DNA from: a virus
Taxonomy: Duplodnaviria; Heunggongvirae; Uroviricota; Caudoviricetes
Length of the DNA: 43,496 nucleotides
Virus record (IMG/VR): IMGVR_UViG_2740892274_000012
Reading direction: 5' to 3' (one strand)
This document shows positions 28,971 to 38,110 of the stretch, piece after piece (positions within the stretch are counted from its first letter, which is position 1; every line of letters starts with the position of its first letter). Under the pieces are notes generated by a model. It was not told the origin of the DNA. It saw nothing but the letters and a program-made list of their open reading frames with translations, and made no database searches. The translations under genes were made by a program, and so were the position numbers.

Positions 28971-29006
28971 GACCCGGCAGGGCTATCCCCGACGGGTCTC
29001 ATTTTT
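28971..29006 (+). terminator. Terminator-like hairpin after the yeaR-like gene
   Basis: GACCCG...CGGGUC stem with an inner GGG/CCC stem, followed by UCAUUUUUGU, about 30 nt after the stop. Confidence 0.4.
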
Positions 29007-29560
29007 GTAAATATATTGGTTCTACATTGACAGGAGACTTCAACCATAAGAAGTAATCTGAATACTTGAGCAATAAATTTACTTAAGATTAATGAGCGCA
29101 CCTTGCCGGACAAAGATAAACCAAGGTAACACCTTTTTTCTAGCCAGTATGTAATCAATCAGAAAGCCGCTCCATAAGAACAACAGCAAGACAATAAATT
29201 GCCATTACAGCCGCAATAGCCAGCGCACATTTGAGAACCAGCACGACAACCCCCTGTATTAGACGCACACCAGTCCTGATAAATATGAGGCTGTCTCGTC
29301 AGTGATTCAATACAACTATTGGGTATAGTTTCTGTGATTTTATTCTGTAGAAATGGAACACAACAACCAGTCACCACCAGCACTTCCTTAAATGCTCTAA
29401 GTCAGAAACAAGCCAACATTTTAGTCCGCTTTGAGCGATCTGCAGACATTGCTAGCAGCCTTCTGTGTGAATTCTCAGGGAGCAGGTCGGCATAGCATCA
29501 CGTTGAGGCTCTTACCCTACTTGTTCACACCAACCCTAACTCCACAGACTGATTCATAAA

Positions 29561-30562
29561 TTAGTAATCTGCGTGTTTCGCACTTTTCAGAAATGCTTTC
29601 ATATTTTCATTAGGTCGCTCAATTTCGAAGTTACTTCCATATAACTCTTGTAATTTTGGCCATAACTTACTTAATAACCCTCTCCTGCGATAAAATGGAT
29701 GTATCCAAACGGTAGATAGGTACGGAGAATTTGCATTTGAATTGTTTATTGTGACCAGCCCAACTAAACATTGTCGATAACCACTATTATCCATTGATTG
29801 TATTTCTTCGACGAATGGATACGCGATTACATCAGTCCAACCATGATCGGTTGTATCCCATTGCATTCCGTCATGACATTCCTTCGACTGATAGCGGCGT
29901 AAAGCTACACACGCGAGCTTTTGCCAATCTGGAGAATTAATTGTGATCTCTTCATCGTATGACGCGCCTATTGGAGCGGGTATTGGTCTGATTAATCCAG
30001 CATGGCATTCATCATAGAACTTCATGTTTCCCTCAGAAACGTTGTGTACGTTGGGTTGCTCCATGTGTGCGCCATTCAAAAATAGCTCTGATAGTAGTGT
30101 ATCTACACTGTAATCTTTATTGATTATTGTCGGCTTAGAGTTTTTCTTATTAAGGCCGCGAGTAACGATTTTTTGATCAATGTTAACAACATGGAATAAT
30201 CCGTCGGGGAGGCTAGCGAACCACGATGGGGCATCGGACCAGAATAGCATGCCTTTTGTACTTCTTAAGAGTTTAATTAAGTTAATACAAGCTTCTTCAC
30301 TAGTCTTGCCGTTGATGCGAAGTATGTTAGGACTAAAGTAATATTCATCCATATCAGGGAATGCAGCTTCGCAAAACTCCTGTACATAATTTAGCACCTG
30401 GATTCTACAGAGATCATCATAGCTGGTAATAACTAAGGGGGTATCTTCATTACTATTATGATTATCAATAATGCAATCTATAGCGAGACTTACTGCTTTG
30501 CGTATCACTTCAGTTGAATCTAACGACTCTAAAAATTTTGTCTTTCGTGTGCGAATATCCAT
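29561..30562 (-). CDS. Hypothetical protein (333 aa) with a C-terminal GNAT-like segment; downstream gene of the two-gene accessory operon
   Basis: ATG 15 nt after the upstream stop; C-terminal ...CLVGLVTINNSNANSPYLSTVWIHPFYRRRGLLSKLWPKLQELYG... resembles acetyltransferase motif A; AT-rich. Confidence 0.6.
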   Translation of the reverse strand: MDIRTRKTKFLESLDSTEVIRKAVSLAIDCIIDNHNSNEDTPLVITSYDDLCRIQVLNYVQEFCEAAFPDMDEYYFSPNILRINGKTSEEACINLIKLLRSTKGMLFWSDAPSWFASLPDGLFHVVNIDQKIVTRGLNKKNSKPTIINKDYSVDTLLSELFLNGAHMEQPNVHNVSEGNMKFYDECHAGLIRPIPAPIGASYDEEITINSPDWQKLACVALRRYQSKECHDGMQWDTTDHGWTDVIAYPFVEEIQSMDNSGYRQCLVGLVTINNSNANSPYLSTVWIHPFYRRRGLLSKLWPKLQELYGSNFEIERPNENMKAFLKSAKHADY

Positions 30563-30577
30563 GTATGACCTGCGCTA

Positions 30578-31600
30578 TTAAAATTCATGAATGAACGGTT
30601 TGTCATCTGGTTGCAAAATGGTGGTTTTATTCGTTGCTACATTTAAACTGTTGTAGAGCATAATTGCCAGGTTCGATGCATTTTCAATCAGCGTTTCAAG
30701 ATCCTGGTCTGTAATCACTACGAGGTTCCCTTCTTTATCCTTTCCACCACGATGCACTAAGTGATTTCGATTGAGGGTTGCCAATTCAATAGCTTCTATC
30801 GGACAGTCTTTTTGTACTTTTATATCGAATGTAGCTTCATAGCGGTCGATTACCTTTTTAGTGCTATGCCAGCTTGCACTGATCAAGTGTTCCTTGATTG
30901 ACCTGATTAGCTCTCCCCTAATTTTCTCGATGGGTTCACCCTTGAAAGGCAACGCAGCAATATCTTTGCTTACTTTAAATTCAGTCTTACCTTTTTCTAT
31001 ACAATTGGCTATGTAGACATCATCTTTCTCTATAGAATTAATGAATAGCTCAACATAAAGCGTTTCCAAAGCTGTAATAACATTCGTGTAGAGCAAACTA
31101 AGCAAGTGGTTTTTTTGCTGTTGTTCAGTTTTATCTTTTGCAAGTTTTTTTATTTTATCGATATTATCAATGAATTTTAAATACGGATTACCGGAAGACG
31201 TTACAGCGTCGTAGATATCATCATCGTACCAATCATCTATATTATTTGAGTTTCCAGACCAGTCAAAACATTGTGTTTGTAATTCATCTACTAATTCCTC
31301 AATATACTCAGATTTAACATATTGACCGAAGATGGATTGTAGTTCTTCGCTCGCATCATACGGCCCGCCATATATGTAAGCATAGCCACCTTCTCTACTT
31401 TCATACGGACAAGCATTTGCCGGATCTTCAAAGTTTTCAAAGAACCAGTTTTTCATTACTTCGAGTTGATCTTTTTTGCTTATGTATTTTAAAGATTTTA
31501 GTGGAACTTTCTTTCCATTAACCTCGAAAACAATTTTCACGATGTAACGCTCCCTTGTATCAATTGCGCAACTATTATACCACAGCGAAATACAGGGCAT
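30578..31600 (-). CDS. Hypothetical protein (340 aa) with an R-x4-H (RNHLVH) HEPN-like motif; upstream gene of the two-gene accessory operon
   Basis: ATG at 31600 preceded by AAGGAGG (6-nt spacer); acidic, D/E/K-rich; AT-rich. The ORF track extends 23 codons upstream without an SD. Confidence 0.6.
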   Translation of the reverse strand: MPCISLWYNSCAIDTRERYIVKIVFEVNGKKVPLKSLKYISKKDQLEVMKNWFFENFEDPANACPYESREGGYAYIYGGPYDASEELQSIFGQYVKSEYIEELVDELQTQCFDWSGNSNNIDDWYDDDIYDAVTSSGNPYLKFIDNIDKIKKLAKDKTEQQQKNHLLSLLYTNVITALETLYVELFINSIEKDDVYIANCIEKGKTEFKVSKDIAALPFKGEPIEKIRGELIRSIKEHLISASWHSTKKVIDRYEATFDIKVQKDCPIEAIELATLNRNHLVHRGGKDKEGNLVVITDQDLETLIENASNLAIMLYNSLNVATNKTTILQPDDKPFIHEF

Positions 31601-31738
31601 AACCTGCCTCCTTAAACTAACATACCATGAGCCAGCAATGTCCGCTATTGGCACAAAGCGGACAACCACGCTAGCTCTCCCCTGTGCCAGAAAAATGTCA
31701 ATTTACATATGAACTAATGCTCTTTGATCTAGTAACGT

Positions 31739-32155
31739 CTATAAATACCGAAGATTTCCTTGATAAAATGCCAGTACACGTTTCATAACTTCACTCTTCC
31801 GGCACTCGCGACAGATTATGTTCTGACGCCTGTCATAGCGGCGTATTTCTCCGTCTGGTAATGACCAGATAAGGTCAGGATCAACCACAACCGTTTTTTT
31901 CACCTTTGCCCTGGATAGTTTTTTGCGGGCGTTTTTCCAATCCTTACGAGCCTGTTCAGACGGGAATAACCCATAGCCAGAGTTGTATACATCGCCACTG
32001 GCAACCAACTCTCTGGCAAGAATGCTCATCAGATATCTTGTCGCACCTGTCTTGGCCTCCAGTTGCCTTAACGTCTCGCGCCCACTCTGGCGTACCAACT
32101 CAACAACCTGCTCCTTAATTTTTTCACGCTCTTCCTGTGTAAAAACTTTTGCCAT
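31739..32155 (-). CDS. Hypothetical phage protein (138 aa), basic, with a C-x2-C pair
   Basis: ATG at 32155 preceded by GGAGG; MAKVFTQEEREKIKEQVVEL... Confidence 0.5.
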   Translation of the reverse strand: MAKVFTQEEREKIKEQVVELVRQSGRETLRQLEAKTGATRYLMSILARELVASGDVYNSGYGLFPSEQARKDWKNARKKLSRAKVKKTVVVDPDLIWSLPDGEIRRYDRRQNIICRECRKSEVMKRVLAFYQGNLRYL

Positions 32156-32170
32156 AAGCGCCTCCGGCAA

Positions 32171-32932
32171 TCACTTTTCCGACACAATACGACTGGAGGA
32201 ATCGACAATCTGTCGGACAATATCCCGGTGCTTGTTCAGCTCCCGCAGCGCGGCGCAGACTCGCTCCCACTTCTGGACATGATTTTTCGCCCGACGCAGT
32301 TCGCGGTTTGCCATATGCAGCGATGGTAAAACTAGGTCATCCGCTTGCGTTTCAGTAAACGATGGCAGCGACTGCACAATGTCCGCCACAGTTTCTGTTT
32401 TAATATCTTCCTGTGTTGCCGCTTCCTGTACTGGTAACGCAACACCGGCTGGCTGAGGAAAGGCTTTACCATCAGTTTCCGCTACCGATGCAGCTTTCGG
32501 CTCTGCTGGTAAATTATCGCCCGGCATGCAGTAACGAAATTTACTGTTCTGGTTTACGCGAATCAGGCGTCCTTTGCTGATTGCCATTGCCAGCGTTGAA
32601 GCAACTTTGCGGGATGTTGTACCGAACAGCGTAGCCAGTTCATCCGCCGTTTGTGGTCCGCGTTGTTCAATCGTCGCGGTTAAATCGCACTCTGAGATTT
32701 TCACTACAGTTGCCGTGGTGGTTTCTTCCGGCAGTTCTGCCTGCATTGGCTGTTCCTGCTGAACGTTGTTATCAGCCACACGCCAGGTGTACGCGCTTTT
32801 ATCAACGAAACCAGCTTTTTTCAGTTCCCATAGTTCGTTCAGCACTTCTTCACGACTGATATCAAGTCGCGCAGCAAGTTCTATGGATGTGGCTTTTCCC
32901 ATTGCTTTCAGTGCGTCAAAAACAGTCTCCAT
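32171..32932 (-). CDS. Hypothetical phage protein with an N-terminal winged-helix-like segment
   Basis: ATG at 32932 preceded by GGGAGG (8-nt spacer); [43 protein letters not shown]...; the track start would overlap ydaV by 29 nt. Confidence 0.5.
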   Translation of the reverse strand: METVFDALKAMGKATSIELAARLDISREEVLNELWELKKAGFVDKSAYTWRVADNNVQQEQPMQAELPEETTTATVVKISECDLTATIEQRGPQTADELATLFGTTSRKVASTLAMAISKGRLIRVNQNSKFRYCMPGDNLPAEPKAASVAETDGKAFPQPAGVALPVQEAATQEDIKTETVADIVQSLPSFTETQADDLVLPSLHMANRELRRAKNHVQKWERVCAALRELNKHRDIVRQIVDSSSRIVSEK

Positions 32933-32954
32933 AAAAATTTCCTCCCGGTAAAAA

Positions 32955-33701
32955 TTACTTCTCAATTCCTGGCTGGACGACATTCGGACGCCAGCTCTCC
33001 CAGTTAAAATTCACCCATCGCCCGCCGTTCATGGTCATGCGATCCATAATCCGCTCGCCGAGCAATGTTTTCATGGCCTCATAGTTCAGGTTTGTCAGCA
33101 TCCCCACGCTGCGCATCGACGCTGTCCGGCGATCAACAATCTGGTGCAGCACCACCTGCTCGTTTTTCGTCTCGCGCTGAATGCCAATTTCATCAAGAAC
33201 CAGCAGATCCACTTCGCATAGTTCCCGCAAAAATTTTTCGCCTGACTGCCCATCGTCATAGCTGGCGTGCAGGGCACTCATAACATCAGCCACGGTAACC
33301 ACAATCACTGTCTGACCGTCTTTCAGCAGGCGATTCCCGATAGCTGCCGCTAAGTGGTTCTTCCCGGTACCAGGTTTTCCGCTGAACGCAAAATTTGTAC
33401 ACCCGGTCATCAGTTCATCAGCGATGGATTTCGCCTGACTCAACGCGTATCGCTGCGCTTCGTTCTGCACCTGGTAATTCGAAAACGAGCATTTGCGGTG
33501 CAATGGCTGGATGCCAGAGCGATTCAGAATTTTTTCCACCCGCAACTGACGATTCTGACGGTTGATCTCCTCACAACGTTTCTGGCCTTCGGAAAGTTGC
33601 CACTCGCGCCACTCCGCTACCGTCTTGAATGGCGCGGTTACATGTGACGGGGCCAGTCTGCGGATACGTTCAAGAACGTCGCCTGTCGCAATATTTTTCA
33701 T
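32955..33701 (-). CDS. ydaV: DnaC/IstB-like helicase loader ATPase
   Basis: Walker A ([17 protein letters not shown]) and Walker B (LLVLDEIG) motifs; directly downstream of the replication initiator gene. Confidence 0.8.
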   Translation of the reverse strand: MKNIATGDVLERIRRLAPSHVTAPFKTVAEWREWQLSEGQKRCEEINRQNRQLRVEKILNRSGIQPLHRKCSFSNYQVQNEAQRYALSQAKSIADELMTGCTNFAFSGKPGTGKNHLAAAIGNRLLKDGQTVIVVTVADVMSALHASYDDGQSGEKFLRELCEVDLLVLDEIGIQRETKNEQVVLHQIVDRRTASMRSVGMLTNLNYEAMKTLLGERIMDRMTMNGGRWVNFNWESWRPNVVQPGIEK

Positions 33702-33707
33702 GGTCAG

Positions 33708-34565
33708 TTACCCCCTGAAGCCTGGCGGGATCGCACTATCCGGTAACGAGACGGTGTTAACCTGTCGGAGTAACGTCTCAGGTCGAACACCTTTCGGCGC
33801 GAACAAGCCCTGGTATTCATTGGCGATGCTGTGTCGAATCACCTGCTCAGGTGAAAAACCCTGCTGGCGGAATTTTTCCAGCTCCCGTATCGCCCCGTTA
33901 GCGCCCTGCTCCGTTCGAATCGGTTTTCGCAATGCCTGGCGAAATTCAACCCACTCACGCCAAAGCGAGACAGAAATCCAGTTCGGCAAAGCAATATCCA
34001 GAGGGTCAAACTTTTTGACACCTCGATTCCCCCGGGGGGGATTTAGGGGGGGATCTGTTTTTAGATCTTTATCTGTATCTTTATTAGTTGCCTTTGTGTT
34101 GACATCATGTTCAAACACCACTTCAACATCTGTTTGAACACCTGTTAAATTTCTCTCTTGTTTTGTTTGAACATCTGCTTCCTTTCTGCTTCTTCTGGCC
34201 TGAACAGATGCTTTTCCTGCGGCTGATTTTTTGGTTAATTTTTCCCTGACTGATGCCAGATCTTCCTCAATCCGAAGATGCACCCATTCCTCGCCGTTAT
34301 CGCAAAAAAACTCCTGCAAGGATGGTTCAACATCAGCCCATCGCTCGTTAGTCAGACGGGCAATTTTTGCCAGCCTGTTTTTAGGTATTGGCTTTCCTGT
34401 TTGCCAGTAATTGAACATCAGCAACAAATACGCACCATGCTCCTCTGCTGACAAATGCATGGTGTCAGCCAGGTAATCAGCTATGTACAGTTGCATGTAT
34501 GGTAATGCGGCCATAATTGCCCCGTATGATGCTGCCCGGTGGCTTAGAATAAGCACAAACAGCAT
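33708..34565 (-). CDS. ydaU: Replication initiation protein (Rac YdaU-like)
   Basis: 285-aa ORF upstream of the DnaC-like gene; recognised from memory as YdaU-like. Confidence 0.65.
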   Translation of the reverse strand: MLFVLILSHRAASYGAIMAALPYMQLYIADYLADTMHLSAEEHGAYLLLMFNYWQTGKPIPKNRLAKIARLTNERWADVEPSLQEFFCDNGEEWVHLRIEEDLASVREKLTKKSAAGKASVQARRSRKEADVQTKQERNLTGVQTDVEVVFEHDVNTKATNKDTDKDLKTDPPLNPPRGNRGVKKFDPLDIALPNWISVSLWREWVEFRQALRKPIRTEQGANGAIRELEKFRQQGFSPEQVIRHSIANEYQGLFAPKGVRPETLLRQVNTVSLPDSAIPPGFRG

Positions 34566-34577
34566 GGAAACTTTTGC

Positions 34578-35000
34578 TTAATGAACAATGACAGAATCGT
34601 CGGAAGACCCGCCGCCGCTGAAATGCGCTTTCCGGTAAACGGCTTGGACTGCATCATCATGCGCATCAATTGCCGTACTTAACGCTTCCTGCGCCGCCAG
34701 TAATGCACGGCGTTCCAGGGTATCGAAGATGCAGAGTCGGTGACGCAGCTCGCGCGGAAGGATTGCCAGAATTGCTGGGATCAGCTTCTGAATTTTTTCT
34801 CTTTGCGTTTTCGTTTCACCTTTCAACCAACGGTGATAGATATTCTGCTGATTATTCCAGTCCTTGCCTGGTACCAGGGGCAATTCGCCGCCCCCCTGGC
34901 GCAGATATTCTTCAGTAATGGCATTGGCTACCCATGCCTGCCCTTTTTCGGCTGCCAGGGCTAACAACACTGACTCGATGTGCTCATGCTTGATTTTCAT
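34578..35000 (-). CDS. ydaT: YdaT-like protein (cII-position toxic protein of Rac)
   Basis: 140-aa ORF immediately downstream of the Cro-like gene, overlapping its stop; recognised as YdaT-like. Confidence 0.65.
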   Translation of the reverse strand: MKIKHEHIESVLLALAAEKGQAWVANAITEEYLRQGGGELPLVPGKDWNNQQNIYHRWLKGETKTQREKIQKLIPAILAILPRELRHRLCIFDTLERRALLAAQEALSTAIDAHDDAVQAVYRKAHFSGGGSSDDSVIVH

Positions 35001-35251
35001 GAATCAACTCCCATCAGCTTTTTCGTAGTAGTTTTATTTCTGCCAATAGTTAAAATTACATCAGCAGAAAATAATCCGTTTGATGCATGAGCGATTTTTT
35101 CAGCGTAATTTGTTTCGCCGGTATATTCTGTGCGAGGCAATTTTCCGTTATCCATCCATTTGTAGATTGCTCTTTGGCTGACACCACAAACGTCGGCCAC
35201 AACAGAAACGCGAACAGTTTTGATTACATCTTCAAGTGTTTTCTGGTTCAT
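34997..35251 (-). CDS. Cro-like HTH regulator (ydaS-like)
   Basis: 84 codons from ATG at 35251 (GAGGGTGA upstream); HTH ...VADVCGVSQRAIYKWMDNGKLP...; divergent from racR. Confidence 0.6.
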   Translation of the reverse strand: MNQKTLEDVIKTVRVSVVADVCGVSQRAIYKWMDNGKLPRTEYTGETNYAEKIAHASNGLFSADVILTIGRNKTTTKKLMGVDS

Positions 35252-35312
35252 ATCACCCTCACAATGTGAACTTTGAGTACATGCTATAACAGAACTGACA
35301 GTACATTCAAGA
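35252..35312. promoter_or_regulatory. Divergent promoter/operator region of the immunity switch
   Basis: About 60 bp between the divergent repressor and Cro-like genes, containing repeated AGTACAT motifs. Confidence 0.4.
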
Positions 35313-35750
35313 GTGAATATCATTGAACTTATGGTTCATGAAGATAAAGCGCGTAAAGAGTTCGCCAGTAGGCTTGCGCTAGCCTGTGAAAACGCTGGTT
35401 ATGAACAACATGGAAGGCAGGCAGAAATTGCCCGTCGAATGAAATTAACACCAAAAGCGGTTAGCAAATGGTTTAATGGCGAAACAATTCCTCGCCGAGA
35501 GAAATTAAGGGAATTAGCAACACTCATTGGAACAACACCAACCTATCTTTTGGGAGAGGATACAGAAGAAAGTGGACAGGTACGTTTCTATCAGGAGTTA
35601 AATCCAAGACAAAAAATCATCATTGACCTTCTGGACGAGCTCCCTGACAGTGAGACAGATGAACTTTTAAAAACTCTTGAGGAGAAAAAACAGAAGTACA
35701 ATGCAATTTACGAAGAGCTAGCACGAAAGAAAAAACAAAAAGCCTCTTAA
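35313..35750 (+). CDS. racR: Prophage repressor RacR (XRE-family HTH)
   Basis: HTH ...RQAEIARRMKLTPKAVSKWFNGETIP...; start ambiguous (GTG at 35313 or ATG at 35331, no SD, possibly leaderless). Confidence 0.7.
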   Translation: MNIIELMVHEDKARKEFASRLALACENAGYEQHGRQAEIARRMKLTPKAVSKWFNGETIPRREKLRELATLIGTTPTYLLGEDTEESGQVRFYQELNPRQKIIIDLLDELPDSETDELLKTLEEKKQKYNAIYEELARKKKQKAS

Positions 35751-36040
35751 ACCAGCATAAATCCGGTAGCGTCCCCCTCCGGGTTTGTGCTTCACTTTAT
35801 CCCATCTCATTTTTTTACACACAAAATGTACTTATAGTACTTTACATCAATGAACACAAAGTACATTATATACCTACCAACCCACCCCGCCCCACAGAAC
35901 GCAGGGCAATACTTCGAGTTACCAGGCAGTGGTCAGGGGTTAAGTAGCCAGCCCGAGGCGTATGAACATGACGGCAGGGTTCAGATTTTGCAGTGCAGCA
36001 GGTTTCAGTTCCGCCACCCGGCGTTAAGGGGAGAGATAAG

Positions 36041-36175
36041 ATGGTGCATTACGAAGTAGTTCAGTATTTGATGGATTGTTGCGGTATCACTTACAACCAG
36101 GCTGTGCAGGCTTTACGCAGCAACGACTGGGATCTCTGGCAGGCAGAAGTCGCTATACACAGCAACAAGATGTGA
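36041..36175 (+). CDS. Small Rac protein (44 aa; ydaG-like by memory)
   Basis: ATG preceded by AAGGGGAGAGA; MVHYEVVQYLMDCCGITYNQAVQALRSNDWDLWQAEVAIHSNKM. Confidence 0.45.
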   Translation: MVHYEVVQYLMDCCGITYNQAVQALRSNDWDLWQAEVAIHSNKM

Positions 36176-36185
36176 GATTCGCAAA

Positions 36186-36341
36186 ATGCAAAAAATCGAC
36201 CTCGGCAACAACGAATCCCTGGTGTGCGGCGTGTTCCCCAACCAGGATGGAACGTTCACTGCCATGACGTATACCAAAAGCAAAACATTTAAAACCGAAA
36301 CTGGTGCGCGCCGATGGTTGGAGAAGCACACAGTAAGCTAA
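36186..36341 (+). CDS. Small Rac protein (51 aa; ydaF-like by memory), not in the ORF track
   Basis: MQKIDLGNNESLVCGVFPNQDGTFTAMTYTKSKTFKTETGARRWLEKHTVS; end converges on the sieB stop. Confidence 0.4.
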   Translation: MQKIDLGNNESLVCGVFPNQDGTFTAMTYTKSKTFKTETGARRWLEKHTVS

Positions 36342-36826
36342 CGATTAAAACGTCTACTCCTGCTGTTCCAGAATAACTTCATAAAATGGGAGTATTTTTC
36401 GGTGACGAGATAATAAGAACAGTTTGCGCTATCACTCTGATGTTGAATGATGCCCTTCCGTTCTAATTTTTTCATAACCGGGTTACGGCAAGGAGAAGTG
36501 ATAATAAGATTTCCTGTTTTAAGGAAATCTTTAAATACAGCGATTTCTTTCTCAGATAAACGAAGCAATACTCGTTGCTCTGGTAGTAATGAATAATGCT
36601 TTTGAATATGTGCTCGCAATCTTGAGAAGGAAATGGCGACCACGAAAGAAAAGGCAAAAACGATAATCTGAAAGAGCCAAGGTATTTCAGTATAAGCATT
36701 GAATGCGACAGTAAACTCTTTCGGTATCAGCCAGAGAGTGAGACCAAAAATGATAATCGTATACATAAGTATTTCGAGTGGCTCGTTAGCAAAAAGTTTC
36801 AACAATGGAGTAAATACATCCAACAT
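36338..36826 (-). CDS. sieB: Superinfection exclusion protein SieB
   Basis: 162 codons from the internal ATG (MLDVFTPLLKLFANEPLEILMYTIIIFGLTLWLIPKEF...); membrane protein recognised as SieB. Confidence 0.8.
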   Translation of the reverse strand: MLDVFTPLLKLFANEPLEILMYTIIIFGLTLWLIPKEFTVAFNAYTEIPWLFQIIVFAFSFVVAISFSRLRAHIQKHYSLLPEQRVLLRLSEKEIAVFKDFLKTGNLIITSPCRNPVMKKLERKGIIQHQSDSANCSYYLVTEKYSHFMKLFWNSRSRRFNR

Positions 36827-37267
36827 ATCAATAACTCTCAACTGTAAGGGTATTGAAATGTTAACACAAGCTCTCGCTGTAGGGGTATAGCCGAGACCAC
36901 CGAAGCCCGGAGGTGGTGAAATAAAACCGGGCACAACACGAAGGCGCATTTCCGATATCCATAAAGAGTCGGTCTTGTCTGTTAAATTTAAATGGTGGGA
37001 GTGCGCCTCCGGTTGTAAATAACGACATTGCTGTGTGTAGTCCTGGCGGCATCAGTTTTTTTCTTGAAGTTCGGCTGATGTCCGCCCTTTTTAAAGTGAA
37101 TTTTGTGATGCGGTGAATGCGGCTAAGCGCACGTGGCACAGTTAAAAGTCATGTTAGTCCTTATTGGTTTGGGTGGGAAAGCCGACTGTAATTGTTAACT
37201 GGTTGCAGTCACCTGGAGGCACCAGGCACCGCATCAACAAAGTTCATTTGTAAAAATGGAGATAATT

Positions 37268-37489
37268 ATGATTGCACATCACTTCGGAACTGATGAAATA
37301 CCACGTCAGTGTGTGACTCCTGGCGATTATGTTCTTCATGAAGGCCGGACATATATTGCCTCGGCAAACAATATTAAAAAGCGAAAACTATATATTCGTA
37401 ACCTGACCACAAAAACATGCATTACTGACCGCATGATTAAAGTCTTCCTCGGTCGTGATGGTTTACCTGTAAAGGCGGAGTCATGGTGA
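37268..37489 (+). CDS. kilR: Cell division inhibitor KilR
   Basis: 73 aa [73 protein letters not shown], recognised as KilR. Confidence 0.8.
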   Translation: MIAHHFGTDEIPRQCVTPGDYVLHEGRTYIASANNIKKRKLYIRNLTTKTCITDRMIKVFLGRDGLPVKAESW

Positions 37490-37659
37490 TGACTAAGAAA
37501 ATAAAATGTGCTTACCACCTTTGCAAAAAAGACGTTGAAGAAAGCAAAGCTATTGAAAGAATGCTTCACTTCATGCACGGGATTTTATCAAAAGACGAAC
37601 CGAGAAAATATTGCAGTGAAGCTTGTGCCGAAAAAGACCAGATGGCACATGAACTTTAA
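37489..37659 (+). CDS. ydaE: Small Cys-rich protein YdaE
   Basis: 56 aa [56 protein letters not shown]; start overlaps the kilR stop. Confidence 0.7.
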   Translation: MTKKIKCAYHLCKKDVEESKAIERMLHFMHGILSKDEPRKYCSEACAEKDQMAHEL

Positions 37660-37733
37660 TTAATTGACTATTCGAAACTGAATTTATGCCAGAAATGGCA
37701 GGTATTCGCTCAACCTTAATTAAGGAGAAAAAC

Positions 37734-38009
37734 ATGATTACCAATTATGAAGCCACTGTTGTAACTACCGATGACATTGTTCACGAGGTGAATCTGGAAG
37801 GAAAGCGCATTGGCTACGTAATTAAAACAGAAAATAAAGAAACCCCATTCACTGTGGTTGATATCGATGGTCCATCAGGCAACGTAAAAACACTTGATGA
37901 AGGTGTCAAAAAAATGTGCCTGGTGCATATCGGAAAGAATCTGCCCGCAGAAAAAAAAGCCGAATTTCTGGCAACTCTAATTGCAATGAAATTAAAAGGT
38001 GAAATCTGA
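37734..38009 (+). CDS. racC: RacC
   Basis: 91 codons from ATG preceded by AAGGAG; MITNYEATVVTTDDIVHEVNLEGKRIGYVIK... Confidence 0.75.
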   Translation: MITNYEATVVTTDDIVHEVNLEGKRIGYVIKTENKETPFTVVDIDGPSGNVKTLDEGVKKMCLVHIGKNLPAEKKAEFLATLIAMKLKGEI

Positions 38010-38110
38010 AAGAAATAGCCTGCGTATGGCGCAGGCTATGAACAGTGTGTATCCGGCAAGATCATTCACTGAACAAAACGAATTTTAATCTGAGTTGAGG
38101 TTAAAAAACA

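Noticed and set aside
29159-29383. 74-aa Cys-rich ORF (11 Cys) downstream of the two-gene operon
   Set aside because: No recognisable SD, an odd composition, and no resemblance to anything I know. I could not support it as a gene, although a small Cys-rich peptide is not excluded; conservation analysis would settle it.
36861-37139. 92-aa minus-strand ORF in the sieB-kilR intergenic region
   Set aside because: Falls in the divergent promoter region between sieB and kilR, lacks an SD, and has no recognisable features.
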